Source of the DNA: Thermoguttaceae bacterium
GTDB taxonomy: Bacteria; Planctomycetota; Planctomycetia; Pirellulales; Thermoguttaceae
DNA: 64,000 bases
Assembly: GCA_017436025.1 (NCBI GenBank)
Contig: JAFSDX010000034.1
Coordinates: forward strand, 6,210 to 70,209
Direction of reading: 5' to 3'
The notes under the pieces were generated by a model that worked only from the letters and a program-made list of their open reading frames with translations, was not told the DNA's origin and did no database searches. Of this stretch, positions 17,293-27,257 are shown piece by piece. The position numbers and the translations under genes are program-made. Within the stretch, counting starts at the first letter, position 1. Every line of letters begins with the position of its first letter.

Positions 17293-18729
17293 TTAGCGCA
17301 GAAAAAACGGCGTGCGTTCGAAAGGCGTTAGAAGCGCGCAGAGGACGAACGCCGTTTCCGCGTTGGTCGAGACATTCGAGCGCCACAAGCCGTCGTCGCC
17401 GCGTTGCGACAACAAATTCGGATAAGCGCGTTTCGCCCAACGCGCCCAACGCTCTTTCGATGCCGTGTCGCGAGCGCCGCGCCAATACGCCTGGGCCGCG
17501 TAAAATTCCCCGTAAAAGTAATACTCGATTCGCGTCGTCGGCAAACGCGGAATCTCGTTGTCCGCAACGTTTGAAGCGCTTTCCTTGCGCCTCGTATCTC
17601 CTTCCGACAAACGACTTACCCCAACGCTCGACGCAAGAGGAGCCGCTTTTTCCAAATACCGAAACGCCGCCGCGACCGTCTCGGAATCGTCCGCGCCTCC
17701 GGATTGCAACGCCAAAATCGCCGCCGCCGTCCGCGCGATTCCGCTCGGCCCTCCCAACGTCATATAGCGAAAACCGCCGTCCGCGTTTTGACACCTCTCA
17801 ACGTAAGACATTGCTTTCTCGATAGTTGCGCTTGAAACAAAGACGCCGGCGTCGCTAGCGGCGCGCAACGCAGAAAGTTGACAAACTGTAACCGAAAGAT
17901 CGGCGACTTGAACGCGTTTCGGTTCGTAACGCAAACCGCCGTCGGCGTTTTGGGCGCGAACAATCAAATCGACCGCCGCGCGCGTACGTTCGCGAATCTC
18001 CGGGCGATCGCCGCTCGTCCCCGCCCCCAAAGCCGCGGCAAGAAAAAGGGTCGCGAACCCGTGCCCGTACATCGGCTTGCGTCCTTTTTCGCTAAAATTT
18101 GCGATTAATCCGTCGATCTCGTCTTCCGTTAACTCGTTTTCTTTCAAATAATTAAGAGCAGTCGGTTCCAACGCGACGTTTGCCGCTTTTTTTACGTCGA
18201 AAGTTTGCGACAAAATATAGTCGACGATTTTTTCCAATTCGCCGCCGAACCGTCCGCGACCGGGCGCGCTTCCCGAGGCCAAAAACGCCAAACCGCACAA
18301 ACCGGCGACGCCGGGATCGCGCCCAAACAACTCCGAGGCGGAACCCAAGGAACCGTCGGGATTTAAGCGCGTTGCCAACGCAACCAAACTCGCGTCGATC
18401 GCTTCGAGCGCCGACTTAGGAAGCGCGAACGCGTCCGCGTCGAAATTCCAATCTTCGCGAAACCAATCGACAGGCGCGCCCGCCTCTTCAATCTCGCTAA
18501 CCTCTTCTAAATCAACAAGTTGCGACGTTCCATTTTCCGGCGATTTCAGGGTCGCCGTTTGAGCCCCGCTTGGACGCCAAGTCGAAGCGACGCTTCCCAA
18601 AACCGCCAAGGCGCCTAAAACGACGCGTCGTCGCTCAATCGTAACCGTTTGTCGTCGTTTGGTTTCCGTTAATTTCCTTCCGGCGGCGCCTTGCGTCGTC
18701 GTCTCGCGCTCGCATCTCCAAAGTTTCAT
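17293..18729 (-). CDS. Prenyltransferase/squalene-oxidase-repeat (terpenoid cyclase-fold) protein, probably exported
   Basis: Repeated QNADGGLRYEP / QNADGGFRYM motifs and an N-terminal RRRVVLGALAVLGSVAS signal-like segment. The ATG at 18729 overlaps the stop of the upstream gene (ATGA, 18726-18729). Confidence 0.65.
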   Translation of the reverse strand: MKLWRCERETTTQGAAGRKLTETKRRQTVTIERRRVVLGALAVLGSVASTWRPSGAQTATLKSPENGTSQLVDLEEVSEIEEAGAPVDWFREDWNFDADAFALPKSALEAIDASLVALATRLNPDGSLGSASELFGRDPGVAGLCGLAFLASGSAPGRGRFGGELEKIVDYILSQTFDVKKAANVALEPTALNYLKENELTEDEIDGLIANFSEKGRKPMYGHGFATLFLAAALGAGTSGDRPEIRERTRAAVDLIVRAQNADGGLRYEPKRVQVADLSVTVCQLSALRAASDAGVFVSSATIEKAMSYVERCQNADGGFRYMTLGGPSGIARTAAAILALQSGGADDSETVAAAFRYLEKAAPLASSVGVSRLSEGDTRRKESASNVADNEIPRLPTTRIEYYFYGEFYAAQAYWRGARDTASKERWARWAKRAYPNLLSQRGDDGLWRSNVSTNAETAFVLCALLTPFERTPFFLR

Positions 18730-19433
18730 CGTTCGTCTCGACGTAAAAACGGCTCGACCGGAACGCCAATATCCGCGACGTAAAGTTCGCCGACGTAAGG
18801 TTTTGCCGCGTCGTTCAAAAGCCCGGGTTTGGCGACGGCGAGAGTCGTCGTTAACTTGGCGCGAACAGCGTCGGTTGCGACCGAACCGTCGTCGGCGTTC
18901 AATCCGCTCGGAATATCGACCGCGTAAACCGGTTTCCCCGAACGATTTAACGCGGCGACAATCCCGTCGAACGGCGGGCGCAACGCTCCGATCGCTCCGG
19001 TTCCAAGGAGCGCGTCGACCGCCCAATCCGCTTGCGTCAACTCAACTTCAAGCCGTTCAAAGGCTTGCGACGAACCGTCGAAAAAGAAAAGTTTCTCCGG
19101 ATTTGGCGACGTCGCGGCGCGAACGATTTCCAAATTCGTTAACGCGTCCCCTCGATAACTTTCCGGCGTTCCAACCGCGACAATTCGGCAGTCGACGCCA
19201 AGTAGCTCCAAACGCCGAAAAAGGACGAAACCGTCGCCGCCGTTGTTCCCCTTTCCGCAACAAATCAATACGCGGCAAGGACTTGCGCCGCCGTTCAAAC
19301 GCGCCGCGTTCGCAATAAAAACCTCCGCCAATCCGCGCCCGGCGTTTTCCATCAGCAAAAGCGACGGAATCTTCCACTCGGCGACGGCCCGAGCGTCAAT
19401 TTCGCGAGTTTCGCGACAAGAAGCCGTATTCAT
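18726..19433 (-). CDS. nnrE: NAD(P)H-hydrate epimerase (YjeF N-terminal domain only)
   Basis: REIDARAVAEWKIPSLLLMENAGRGLAE ... VLICCGKGNNGGDGFVLFRRLE ... AVDIPSGL. Confidence 0.8.
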   Translation of the reverse strand: MNTASCRETREIDARAVAEWKIPSLLLMENAGRGLAEVFIANAARLNGGASPCRVLICCGKGNNGGDGFVLFRRLELLGVDCRIVAVGTPESYRGDALTNLEIVRAATSPNPEKLFFFDGSSQAFERLEVELTQADWAVDALLGTGAIGALRPPFDGIVAALNRSGKPVYAVDIPSGLNADDGSVATDAVRAKLTTTLAVAKPGLLNDAAKPYVGELYVADIGVPVEPFLRRDER

Positions 19434-19516
19434 ATTTACCTCCGCTTATTTACATTGCGCGACGACCGTTTCTTAAAATCGCAACTCTTGCTTTAAAGTC
19501 GATTACAAACGGTTTA

Positions 19517-20224
19517 TTACATTTTGCGACAAACGTAAACGCGAATAAAAGCCGCGTCGTCGAACGTTTGCTCGACCGTCAATCCGGTTCTCTTAAACGC
19601 TTCCTCGAGAAACCAGTCGAAACAACTATATTCTCGGGCGATATGCGCGTTCGCCTCGCCGCCGGCGCTACTTTCCATCGCGTCGAGAACCGCTTGCGTT
19701 CCCTCGCGCCAAGTCTCGACAGGAAAATGAAATACGACGTCCGAAAGGTAAAAGACGCCCCCCGGTTTGAGCGCGTCGGCGATCCGTTTCAACGCGACGA
19801 CCTTCCAAAAATCGGGCAAGTGATGCAACGCCAACGACGAAACGACCGCGTCGACCGGAGTCGAAAGCGTCGGAAACGTCAAAAAACCGGCCGTAAAAGT
19901 TTCGACGTTCTCAATATTTTGTTCCGCTATCTTTTGTCGCAGAAGCCCAAGCATCGGCGCGGAAACGTCGGCGGCGTAAACCTTTGCGCAATATCGGGAC
20001 GCCGGAATCGCAAACGCGCCCGTTCCGCACCCCAAATCCAGAACGGCGTCGGTTCGCTTTAAATCGGCGCGAACGCGAATTCGCTCGAACTCCGCCTCAA
20101 AGTCGCGAAACTTTAAATGCCGCGACTCATATTTCCTTGCCACTTCAAGATTTGCATAATCGACGCCCGCGTGTTGAAATTCGTCGTAAAGCCAACTTGG
20201 CGTCCCGTCGATCCGTTCGCTCAT
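19517..20224 (-). CDS. Class I SAM-dependent methyltransferase
   Basis: Motif I VLDLGCGTGAFAIP; post-I ADVS; LKPGGVFYLSD. Confidence 0.75.
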   Translation of the reverse strand: MSERIDGTPSWLYDEFQHAGVDYANLEVARKYESRHLKFRDFEAEFERIRVRADLKRTDAVLDLGCGTGAFAIPASRYCAKVYAADVSAPMLGLLRQKIAEQNIENVETFTAGFLTFPTLSTPVDAVVSSLALHHLPDFWKVVALKRIADALKPGGVFYLSDVVFHFPVETWREGTQAVLDAMESSAGGEANAHIAREYSCFDWFLEEAFKRTGLTVEQTFDDAAFIRVYVCRKM

Positions 20225-20368
20225 CGTTCTCGTCGCCTTTCCGTTACTTATTGTCTTAGGTTAAATTTTATTTACTTCAATCTGTCGCGCAACAGACTTA
20301 ATTTCAATCTTGTCGCGCCGAAAAGCCAAAACACAACCGCTTAATTTTCAGCGCTTACAACATTTACG

Positions 20369-20824
20369 CTACATTGATTCGCCATCCTTTCGAGCGTCGA
20401 CGTTCTCTTGCGATCGTTCGCTATATTCGATTACGCGGCGCAACATAAACTTTCCCCAAATCGCGCCCAAAATTGACGATTGCGCGACGAAAGCCGCCGC
20501 CCACGCCAATTCACAACTTCCGATATTCAAAAGACTTAACGCTTTCGTCGTCGGAAATCCGGCAAGGCGCGCCTTCTCCCAAGCGTTCAACGCGGCGCCG
20601 TCGATTTCGTCAAACTTCGGGTTCGTCGACGCCCAAAGAAAAACGCAAATCGCAAGTCCAAGGAACGCGCCGACTTCCGCTCCAAATAAAACTGGTCGGC
20701 GGAGCGGATAATCGGCGCCTAATCGAAGCGCGGCGCGAGCGCAAACCGTTGCGGCAAGAGCGATTCCAAACGCAAAAAACGCAAAAATCTCCCAACTTGG
20801 ACGGCTCCAAATCGAATCGAACAT
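20369..20824 (-). CDS. Small integral membrane protein, unknown function
   Basis: 151-aa ORF with 3-4 hydrophobic helices (WEIFAFFAFGIALAATVCA, AFLGLAICVFLWA, AAAFVAQSSILGAIWG). Confidence 0.5.
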   Translation of the reverse strand: MFDSIWSRPSWEIFAFFAFGIALAATVCARAALRLGADYPLRRPVLFGAEVGAFLGLAICVFLWASTNPKFDEIDGAALNAWEKARLAGFPTTKALSLLNIGSCELAWAAAFVAQSSILGAIWGKFMLRRVIEYSERSQENVDARKDGESM

Positions 20825-20901
20825 TTTTCTCCTTTCGACGTTTGCGCGTCTTCTGCTCGATTAACCGCAAACGCTATCGTTCCTACGTTTACAACTTACG
20901 C

Positions 20902-22098
20902 TCACCCCAACCGATTTTTCGGCGCGTCTAATTTGACGAGTCCCAAACCGGGTCGGTCGTTTAACAACAATTTTCCGTTCGCCGCAAGACCGACGCCGTC
21001 AAACAAGTCGTTACCAATTAAGAAGTTGCCGTCAAGATCGGCCCAGTCGACCGCCGGCGAAAGTTGCGCCGCCGCCGAAATCGCGCACGACGTTTCCGTC
21101 ATACACCCGACCATTACCTTCATATCGAGCGCCCGCGCTAAGTTCAGCATTTTCCAGGCTTCGCGCATTCCGGAACACTTCATCAGCTTGATATTAATGC
21201 CGCTAAAAACGCCTTTCATTCTTGCGACGTCGGTTAACCGTTGCAACGATTCGTCGGCCATAATCGGAAGCGGGCTACGCTCTGTAATCCACGCGATTTC
21301 GTCCCAACGCGTCTTTTTCATCGGTTGCTCGACGAGAACGACGCCCTTTTCGCTCAGCCACTCGACCATTTCCAGCGCGTAAACCTTGTCGTTCCAACCT
21401 TGATTGGCGTCGACGCAAATCGGTTTGTCCGAAACGGCGCGCACCGATTCGATCATTTCGCGGTCGCTCTTTTCGTCGCGACCGAGTTTCACCTTCAAGA
21501 CCGCGAAACGCTCCGCTTCCAACGTCTTTTCTCGCACGACTTCCGGCTTGTCGATTCCAATCGTATACATCGTCGGCGGCGTCTTGTCCTTATCGAGTCC
21601 CCAAATGCGCCACCACGGTTGCCCCATTAGTTTGCCAACCAAGTCGTGCAACGCAATATCGACGGAAGCCTTTGCCGCGCAATTATTTTCGCAAATCCCG
21701 TCGACATACGACAAGATATCGTCCAACTCAAACGGACTCTTAAACTGCGACAAGTCGACGCGCTCCAAAAACGCCAATACGGACGCCGTCGATTCGCTCA
21801 AATAAGGCGGCATTGCCGCTTCGCCGTACCCAACGACGCCGTCGAGTTCGATTTCGACTTGCACCCCTTGCGTCGTTTTGCGAGTCGAACCGGCGACGCC
21901 GAACGCGTGTCGCAGTTCGAGCAAATACGGGCGAAACGAAAGACGCATCTTACCGATTTTATTCGATTTACCGCCGTCCTTCGCCGTTTCTTCCCCCGAC
22001 GCTTTCGCGCCCCAAATCCCGGAAGCGCTACCAAGAGCCGCGCCGGCGACTCCGGTTAAAAATCGTCGTCGAGTCGTCATTTCCATCTCCTTAAACAT
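20902..22098 (-). CDS. Dipeptide (L-Ala-D/L-Glu-type) epimerase, enolase superfamily, with a Tat-type signal peptide
   Basis: MLE-subgroup motifs VLKVKLG, VDANQGW, VEQP, IMADES, NIKLMKCSG. The N-terminus TTRRRFLTGVAGAALGSASGIWGAKA has a twin-arginine motif. Confidence 0.8.
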   Translation of the reverse strand: MFKEMEMTTRRRFLTGVAGAALGSASGIWGAKASGEETAKDGGKSNKIGKMRLSFRPYLLELRHAFGVAGSTRKTTQGVQVEIELDGVVGYGEAAMPPYLSESTASVLAFLERVDLSQFKSPFELDDILSYVDGICENNCAAKASVDIALHDLVGKLMGQPWWRIWGLDKDKTPPTMYTIGIDKPEVVREKTLEAERFAVLKVKLGRDEKSDREMIESVRAVSDKPICVDANQGWNDKVYALEMVEWLSEKGVVLVEQPMKKTRWDEIAWITERSPLPIMADESLQRLTDVARMKGVFSGINIKLMKCSGMREAWKMLNLARALDMKVMVGCMTETSCAISAAAQLSPAVDWADLDGNFLIGNDLFDGVGLAANGKLLLNDRPGLGLVKLDAPKNRLG

Positions 22099-22214
22099 CG
22101 TTAATAAGTATTACAATTAAAGGCGTTAACAAATACTAAGAACGCAAACAAACAATATACGACATTAAGTAAATCGCGCGTTCGTCCAACGTTAAAATCG
22201 CGTCTCGTCCCTTC

Positions 22215-23537
22215 TCATCTCTTGCGATAAAACGGGTTGTCGCCAATCCAACCAAAATATCCGTCCTTCGGCGCCCCGACGTATCGAACCGCTTTAATCA
22301 ACTGCGACGCGTTATAGCGGTCAAAATCGGGCGCGGCGGGGTCGAGGCTGTTAATGCGAACGCTTGTCGCCGAGTGTATGAAACGGTCGTCGCCAAGGTA
22401 AATCGCGACGTGTCGATAATACGTCGAACCGTCGGCTCGTTTTGAACCGAAAATCAGGAGATCGCCGGGCTTTAGCGCGCTTCTTCCTTGCGTCAAATCG
22501 ACCTCGACGCCCTCGCCTTGAAGGAGGCTGACGTCGCGTAAAATATTGAAGCCGTTCAAGTAAAAGGCAAGCGACGTCAACCCGCTGCAGTCGACGCCCT
22601 TCGCGGACGTTCCGCCCCAAACGTAAGGCGTTCCGAGAAAACGCTTTGCGGTCGCAATCAATCGTTCCGCGCTCAACTCTTTATTCGCGTCAAGCCAAGC
22701 GCTCCATTCCGTCGCTCCGCTCTTGCGAATCCAGCCGAGCCGTCCGTCCGGCGTTTCGACGCGGTAAAAGTCGCCGGACGTTTCTTCGTTTTTCCAAACC
22801 GTTACGTTGCCGGCAGTTAAGTCGGAGAGCGGCGCGGAATTTTCGCTCGGTTCAGAGTAAATCGAGCCGAACGCGTCGAGCCAAATCAGCTTTTTCGCGT
22901 CGACCCAGCGGTTGAACTCGTCGCGCGTCGCCGATTTAACGCTTCCGGCGGTCGTGTAACCCAAGTAACCGTCGGCGTTTTGGATTAGGATCCAACCGCC
23001 TTCGCGCTTCAAAATCCGAACCGGCGTTCCCATCCGCGACTGCGTCGTCAGCTCCGCCGAGTAACGCGGCTCTTTGCGAATTTGAATCGTCGAAAAGTTC
23101 GCCCAACCGAAAAACCGCCCGTCGAGTTCGGCGTTTTCCTCCGGCAATAACGTCGTTTCAACGCTCCACTTAGGAAACTCCGACGCGAACTTCTCTCGGA
23201 CGACGTCGCGGGCGCTTTCGAGCGTCGTTTCAAGACGAACAGTCGACGACGTCGCGTCAATTTCCCAAGCGAAAACGTTCAAGCGCAAGTCGTTAATCGT
23301 TTCTTTGCGCAATTCGACAAGGCGTCGCTCTACCGCGTCCGCTTCGTTCTCCGTCGACGCCGCGTCGTTGGCGACCGCGACCGCCGCCGTTCCCCCAAAA
23401 AGCGTTTCGACGCTCTCGACGCCCGCGTTTAACGCCGTTAAAATCGCCGCGACCGTCAAGGTTTGTCGTCCTAACGTCGCAACGCGGCGCCGAAGCGTCG
23501 AAATTTTCTCGATTTTTCCCGTTTGTCTCGCGCGCAT
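22215..23537 (-). CDS. SH3-domain plus NlpC/P60 (C40) cell-wall peptidase, exported
   Basis: GTPYVWGGTSAKGVDCSGLTSLAFYLNG ... HVAIYLGDDRFIHS (Cys/His catalytic motifs). Upstream SH3b-like repeats (GWILIQNADGYLGY, FYRVETPDGRLGWI). An N-terminal signal anchor is present. Confidence 0.8.
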   Translation of the reverse strand: MRARQTGKIEKISTLRRRVATLGRQTLTVAAILTALNAGVESVETLFGGTAAVAVANDAASTENEADAVERRLVELRKETINDLRLNVFAWEIDATSSTVRLETTLESARDVVREKFASEFPKWSVETTLLPEENAELDGRFFGWANFSTIQIRKEPRYSAELTTQSRMGTPVRILKREGGWILIQNADGYLGYTTAGSVKSATRDEFNRWVDAKKLIWLDAFGSIYSEPSENSAPLSDLTAGNVTVWKNEETSGDFYRVETPDGRLGWIRKSGATEWSAWLDANKELSAERLIATAKRFLGTPYVWGGTSAKGVDCSGLTSLAFYLNGFNILRDVSLLQGEGVEVDLTQGRSALKPGDLLIFGSKRADGSTYYRHVAIYLGDDRFIHSATSVRINSLDPAAPDFDRYNASQLIKAVRYVGAPKDGYFGWIGDNPFYRKR

Positions 23538-23704
23538 CTTCTTACGTCGCCTTTCGTTAAGTCGGTTTTATTCGCAAATCGGCGCAAAATTCGCGTTTTT
23601 TCCGCAAAAACGCTTGCGAACGCGCCGCAAATCGGTTATACTTGGGACGTTGGAGCGCGACGGTCGCCGCTCCCGATTCCTCCCTTGCAACGAAAGGACG
23701 CCCG

Positions 23705-25156
23705 ATGAAAACGACGCTTCGCCGCGCCGCGTTCGCCCTCGGAACGCTCGCCCTCGTCTCCCTTATTGTACCCCCAAAATCGACTTTTGCCCAGCAGGAC
23801 TGGGAAAAAAAGGCCGTCGAATCTATCGAAAATAGCGATTTTTCCGCCGCCGTCGCCGAACTTTCCGCCCTCGAAGGGCTCTCCGACGCCGAAAAAGTCC
23901 GCCGCGACTGGCTGATCGAGCTGACGCGCCGCATCCGGATTGAATTTCCGCACAACGAAACGGAAATCAAAGAGCAGCTGAAGGACGCCGGGCTCGACTC
24001 GAGCGACGAACAAATGCGCGCTTGGGAGGCGTCGAAAGCGCTCGAAATGCGCCCGATCGACGGCGAACGCCGCTATTTCAAGCACGCCGTTTCGAATTTG
24101 CGCCGTATCGACCGCGAACTCGCGAAAACTCGCCCGGTTAGCGGCGGCGACCGTCAGCGGTTCGCGTCGCGTATCGCCAACGTTCGCTCGATTATCGACG
24201 CGTCGGACGGCGCCGGCAAACTGACGCATAAAGTACGCAACCGCTTCACTTGCGTCGCGACGATTCCGGCGAACGCCGTTCCGGCGGGGGAAACGATTCG
24301 CTACTGGGCGCCGTTTCCGCGCGAGTCTTGCGGACGTCAACAGGACGTCAAGCTGATTTCGACCGATCCGTCCGACGGGCGCGTCGCTCCGACGGGCGAC
24401 TTGCAGCGCTGCGTTTACCTCGAAAAGACCGCCGTCAAAGACGAACCAACCGTCTTCACAATCGTTTTTGAAACAACGACTTACGCGCAATATTTCTCGC
24501 AAGATTACCTCAAGAAAAAGGCGAAACCCTACCTCGACGACGAGTTCTACCGCTTCTATACCGAGGAACGCCTGCCGCATATGGTAAAGTCCGATAGAAT
24601 CAGGACTTGGGCGCGCGAAATTGTCGGCGACGCCACCTGCCCGGTCGAGAAGCTCGTCCGTCTCTTCAACGCGATCGACGAACGGTACCCTTGGGCGTCG
24701 TCGAACGAATACGGCACGATGCTCTGCATTCCGGAATACGTTCTGCGCGAAGGGCACGGCGACTGCGGCATGTTGTCGCTTCTGCTAATTTCGGCCCTCC
24801 GAAGCGAAGGAATTCCGGCGAAATGGCAAAGCGGTTGGGTCGCGAACGCTAGCGGCGTCTGCGGAATGCACGACTGGGCCGAGGTTTACTTCGAAGGCGT
24901 CGGTTGGGTTCCGGTCGATATGTCTTACGGGCTGATGAACGACGATAACCTCAACGTTCGCGAGTTTTACGCCACCGGCCTCGACCAAACGCGACTTGTT
25001 GTCAACGACGATATCGGGCGCGACTTCACCCCGTCGAAAGCGCATTTCCGCAGCGAACCGGTCGACTTCCAACGCGGCGAAGTCGAGTGGAGCGGCGGCA
25101 ACCTTTACTTCCCGGAATGGTCGTTCAAAATGACGGTCGAGTTCCCGGAAGAATAA
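23705..25156 (+). CDS. Secreted transglutaminase-like (cysteine protease fold) protein
   Basis: Signal peptide MKTTLRRAAFALGTLALVSLIVPPKSTFAQ. Core motifs GHGDCGMLSLLLISALRSEGIPAKWQSGW ... GMHDWAEVYFEGVGWVPVD (Cys-His-Asp). The ATG at 23705 is preferred over the track start at 23642. Confidence 0.7.
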   Translation: MKTTLRRAAFALGTLALVSLIVPPKSTFAQQDWEKKAVESIENSDFSAAVAELSALEGLSDAEKVRRDWLIELTRRIRIEFPHNETEIKEQLKDAGLDSSDEQMRAWEASKALEMRPIDGERRYFKHAVSNLRRIDRELAKTRPVSGGDRQRFASRIANVRSIIDASDGAGKLTHKVRNRFTCVATIPANAVPAGETIRYWAPFPRESCGRQQDVKLISTDPSDGRVAPTGDLQRCVYLEKTAVKDEPTVFTIVFETTTYAQYFSQDYLKKKAKPYLDDEFYRFYTEERLPHMVKSDRIRTWAREIVGDATCPVEKLVRLFNAIDERYPWASSNEYGTMLCIPEYVLREGHGDCGMLSLLLISALRSEGIPAKWQSGWVANASGVCGMHDWAEVYFEGVGWVPVDMSYGLMNDDNLNVREFYATGLDQTRLVVNDDIGRDFTPSKAHFRSEPVDFQRGEVEWSGGNLYFPEWSFKMTVEFPEE

Positions 25157-25182
25157 CGCAACCTGTTTAAAACACGTCGTTT

Positions 25183-25230
25183 GCGTCGAACGATCTTACT
25201 TCCGTTCGACGCGACGTCGTCTCTTTTTTG
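25183..25230 (+). terminator. Putative terminator after 23705..25156
   Basis: 10-bp stem GCGTCGAACG / CGTTCGACGC (25183-25192 / 25203-25212). A TTTTTT run follows, but only 11 nt further on. Confidence 0.4.
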
Positions 25231-25337
25231 TCGGGCGTTCTTTCGCCTTTCCTCGTTTTTGTTTGTCGGGCGGTTCCGAAAATTTTCCGTTTTTCAGAGC
25301 CGCCCGACTTCCGCTAACCCCAATATCGGCAATCGTT

Positions 25338-27047
25338 ATGACAATGTTAAAACAACATTCCCGCAAACGCGGCGCTTTGTCGCGATTCTTCGTTTTATCC
25401 GCCTCTTTAACCGCCGCCGCTTTTTTGACGCAGCCGACTTTCTCGCAAGAAGCGTCGACGCAAGCTCCGTCCTCCGTTCGCTTTACGGTTGACGCGACAA
25501 AGCGAAGCGACGCGGTTATCGGCAACAAAGTCGCCGTCGTCAACGTTTGGTCGCCGAACTCGCTGACCGTCCCCGCCAAGGACGAAGGCGGCGACCTAAG
25601 TTCTTTCGTTGAAACGGTTCAGCTGATGCAAGCGACCGGCGGCTCGGCGGAGCGCGACCTTTTCGTCGACCCGGCGAACCTCGACGTTCTCGACGATTAC
25701 CGCTTCGACCCGTTGGTCGACGCTTGCCGCCGCGCGCTGCAACTCCGTGTCAAACCTTGGATTAAGTTGAGCGTCCCGGCGAAATTTTCCCGCGAATCGC
25801 AAATCGGCGTCTTCGGCGTCGACGTCCTGCCGCCGGACGATTACGACGTTTATTACCGGTACGTCCGCGCGCTCGCTCGGGCTCTCGCCGACGAGTTCGG
25901 GCTCGACGAAGTTCGCTCTTGGCGCTTCGGCGTCTTGACGGAATTCGAGAACGGAGACTGGTTTAAGGCCGCCGACGGGACTCCGGAGTCGAGCCGCGAA
26001 GCGTTTTTTAAGCTGTACGATTATTCGGTCGCGGCGCTCGACGACGAACTCGGCGGCGAAGTTTGCGTTACGGCGCACGCAATGGCTTGCACCGAAGGAC
26101 TTTGGGACGAACGCGATTTTTTCGAACACTGCGCCCGGGGAACGAACGCGAAGACCGGCAAAGTCGGAACCCGCCTAAACGTTTTCGCCGTCTCGTTTTA
26201 CGACGACGCGCCCGGCAAACCGCACCCGCTCGACCTCCCGGGAACCGTCGAGCGCGTTCGCACTAAAGCCCGCGAATGCGGACTTAACGACGTCGTTTTC
26301 GGCGTCGACGAGGGTCGGATTCTCGCGTCGAAAAAGGGCGCGAAAGCGGGCGACCTCACTTGGCGCATCGTCGGGCAAACGTATCAGGCGGCTTACGACG
26401 CGCGCCTCTTCAAGATTATGCTCGATAACGACGTAAACTATTTCTCCGCTTGGAGTTATTCGAGCGGTTCCGCTTGGAACGGATACCCGCTCGTCGCTCA
26501 ACGCGTCGCGGAAAACGTCGCTAAGTTCAAAGATTCGAAGCGGTTGGAAACGACGGCGGAAAAAACGCTCGGCGAAGGCGTCGAGAGCGACGCGGTCGCG
26601 GCGTTCGACGAAGCGACGCAAACCCTTCGTTTAACGTCGTTTAACTTCAAGGACGATCTCGAATACGCCGACTCGCTCGCCGTCGAGTTCGCCGTTTCGG
26701 CGCCGTTTTGGGCCGGACGCGAAGTGCAAATCGTTGAAAAAACGGTCGACGACCGAATCAATTTCTTCCCGCAATGGCTGCGCGACCAAGCGGAACTCGG
26801 GATTTCCGACGACGTCTTCCCTTGGTCGCCGGACTCCGGGTGCCTCGACTCCGCGATTTACGACGCCGCGGCGCGCCAACTTTATTTCGAGAAGTTGCGT
26901 CCGAAATACGTCGAAATCGCGAACCGCCCCTACTCGACCGAGCGAACCGCTAAAGTCGGCGACGACGGACGTTTAACGCTCCAAACGACGCTTGCGCGGC
27001 ACGGCGTCGTCTTTTACGAAATTTCGCCGACCAACGCAAAAAAATGA
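25338..27047 (+). CDS. Secreted protein, possibly a clan GH-A-like glycoside hydrolase (weak)
   Basis: Signal peptide (LSRFFVLSASLTAAAFLTQPTFSQEA). The segment WRFGVLTEFENGDWF loosely recalls the acid/base-strand NEP motif of (beta/alpha)8 glycosidases. No firm family call. Confidence 0.45.
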   Translation: MTMLKQHSRKRGALSRFFVLSASLTAAAFLTQPTFSQEASTQAPSSVRFTVDATKRSDAVIGNKVAVVNVWSPNSLTVPAKDEGGDLSSFVETVQLMQATGGSAERDLFVDPANLDVLDDYRFDPLVDACRRALQLRVKPWIKLSVPAKFSRESQIGVFGVDVLPPDDYDVYYRYVRALARALADEFGLDEVRSWRFGVLTEFENGDWFKAADGTPESSREAFFKLYDYSVAALDDELGGEVCVTAHAMACTEGLWDERDFFEHCARGTNAKTGKVGTRLNVFAVSFYDDAPGKPHPLDLPGTVERVRTKARECGLNDVVFGVDEGRILASKKGAKAGDLTWRIVGQTYQAAYDARLFKIMLDNDVNYFSAWSYSSGSAWNGYPLVAQRVAENVAKFKDSKRLETTAEKTLGEGVESDAVAAFDEATQTLRLTSFNFKDDLEYADSLAVEFAVSAPFWAGREVQIVEKTVDDRINFFPQWLRDQAELGISDDVFPWSPDSGCLDSAIYDAAARQLYFEKLRPKYVEIANRPYSTERTAKVGDDGRLTLQTTLARHGVVFYEISPTNAKK

Positions 27048-27257
27048 CGCGGCGTCGACGTCGAAAATAAAAAAACGACGCGACGAAACCGAACGTTTTT
27101 TTGTCGCGCCGTCGACGCCTCCCGGCAAACCGCGACGCCTTGCGACAAGCTCGGCGTCGCGTTCCCCCGACGCTTTAACACCTTTAACGGTCGCGGTTAA
27201 CCGTTCATTAGCGACGTCGTGCAACAAATGTTTGGAACAACATAGAGCAAATCAAAT

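Noticed and set aside
23636-24757. Long antisense or out-of-frame ORFs across 23.6-37.4 kb (23636..24757 -, 28184..28945 +, 29848..30654 -, 31351..32625 -, 32845..34215 +, 34336..35145 +, 35164..36051 +, 36272..37426 -)
   Set aside because: Each overlaps a motif-bearing CDS on the other strand or frame and has an R/G/V/A-dominated composition. These are classic shadow ORFs of a GC-rich genome.
27051-27119. Nested long hairpin after 25338..27047 (GGCGTCGACG ... AAAAAAACG ... CGTTTTTTT ... CGTCGACGCC) as a structured ncRNA
   Set aside because: It is most simply a compound terminator for the upstream gene. There is no evidence for an independent transcript, and it is too short and AT-poor in the loops to assign to any RNA family.
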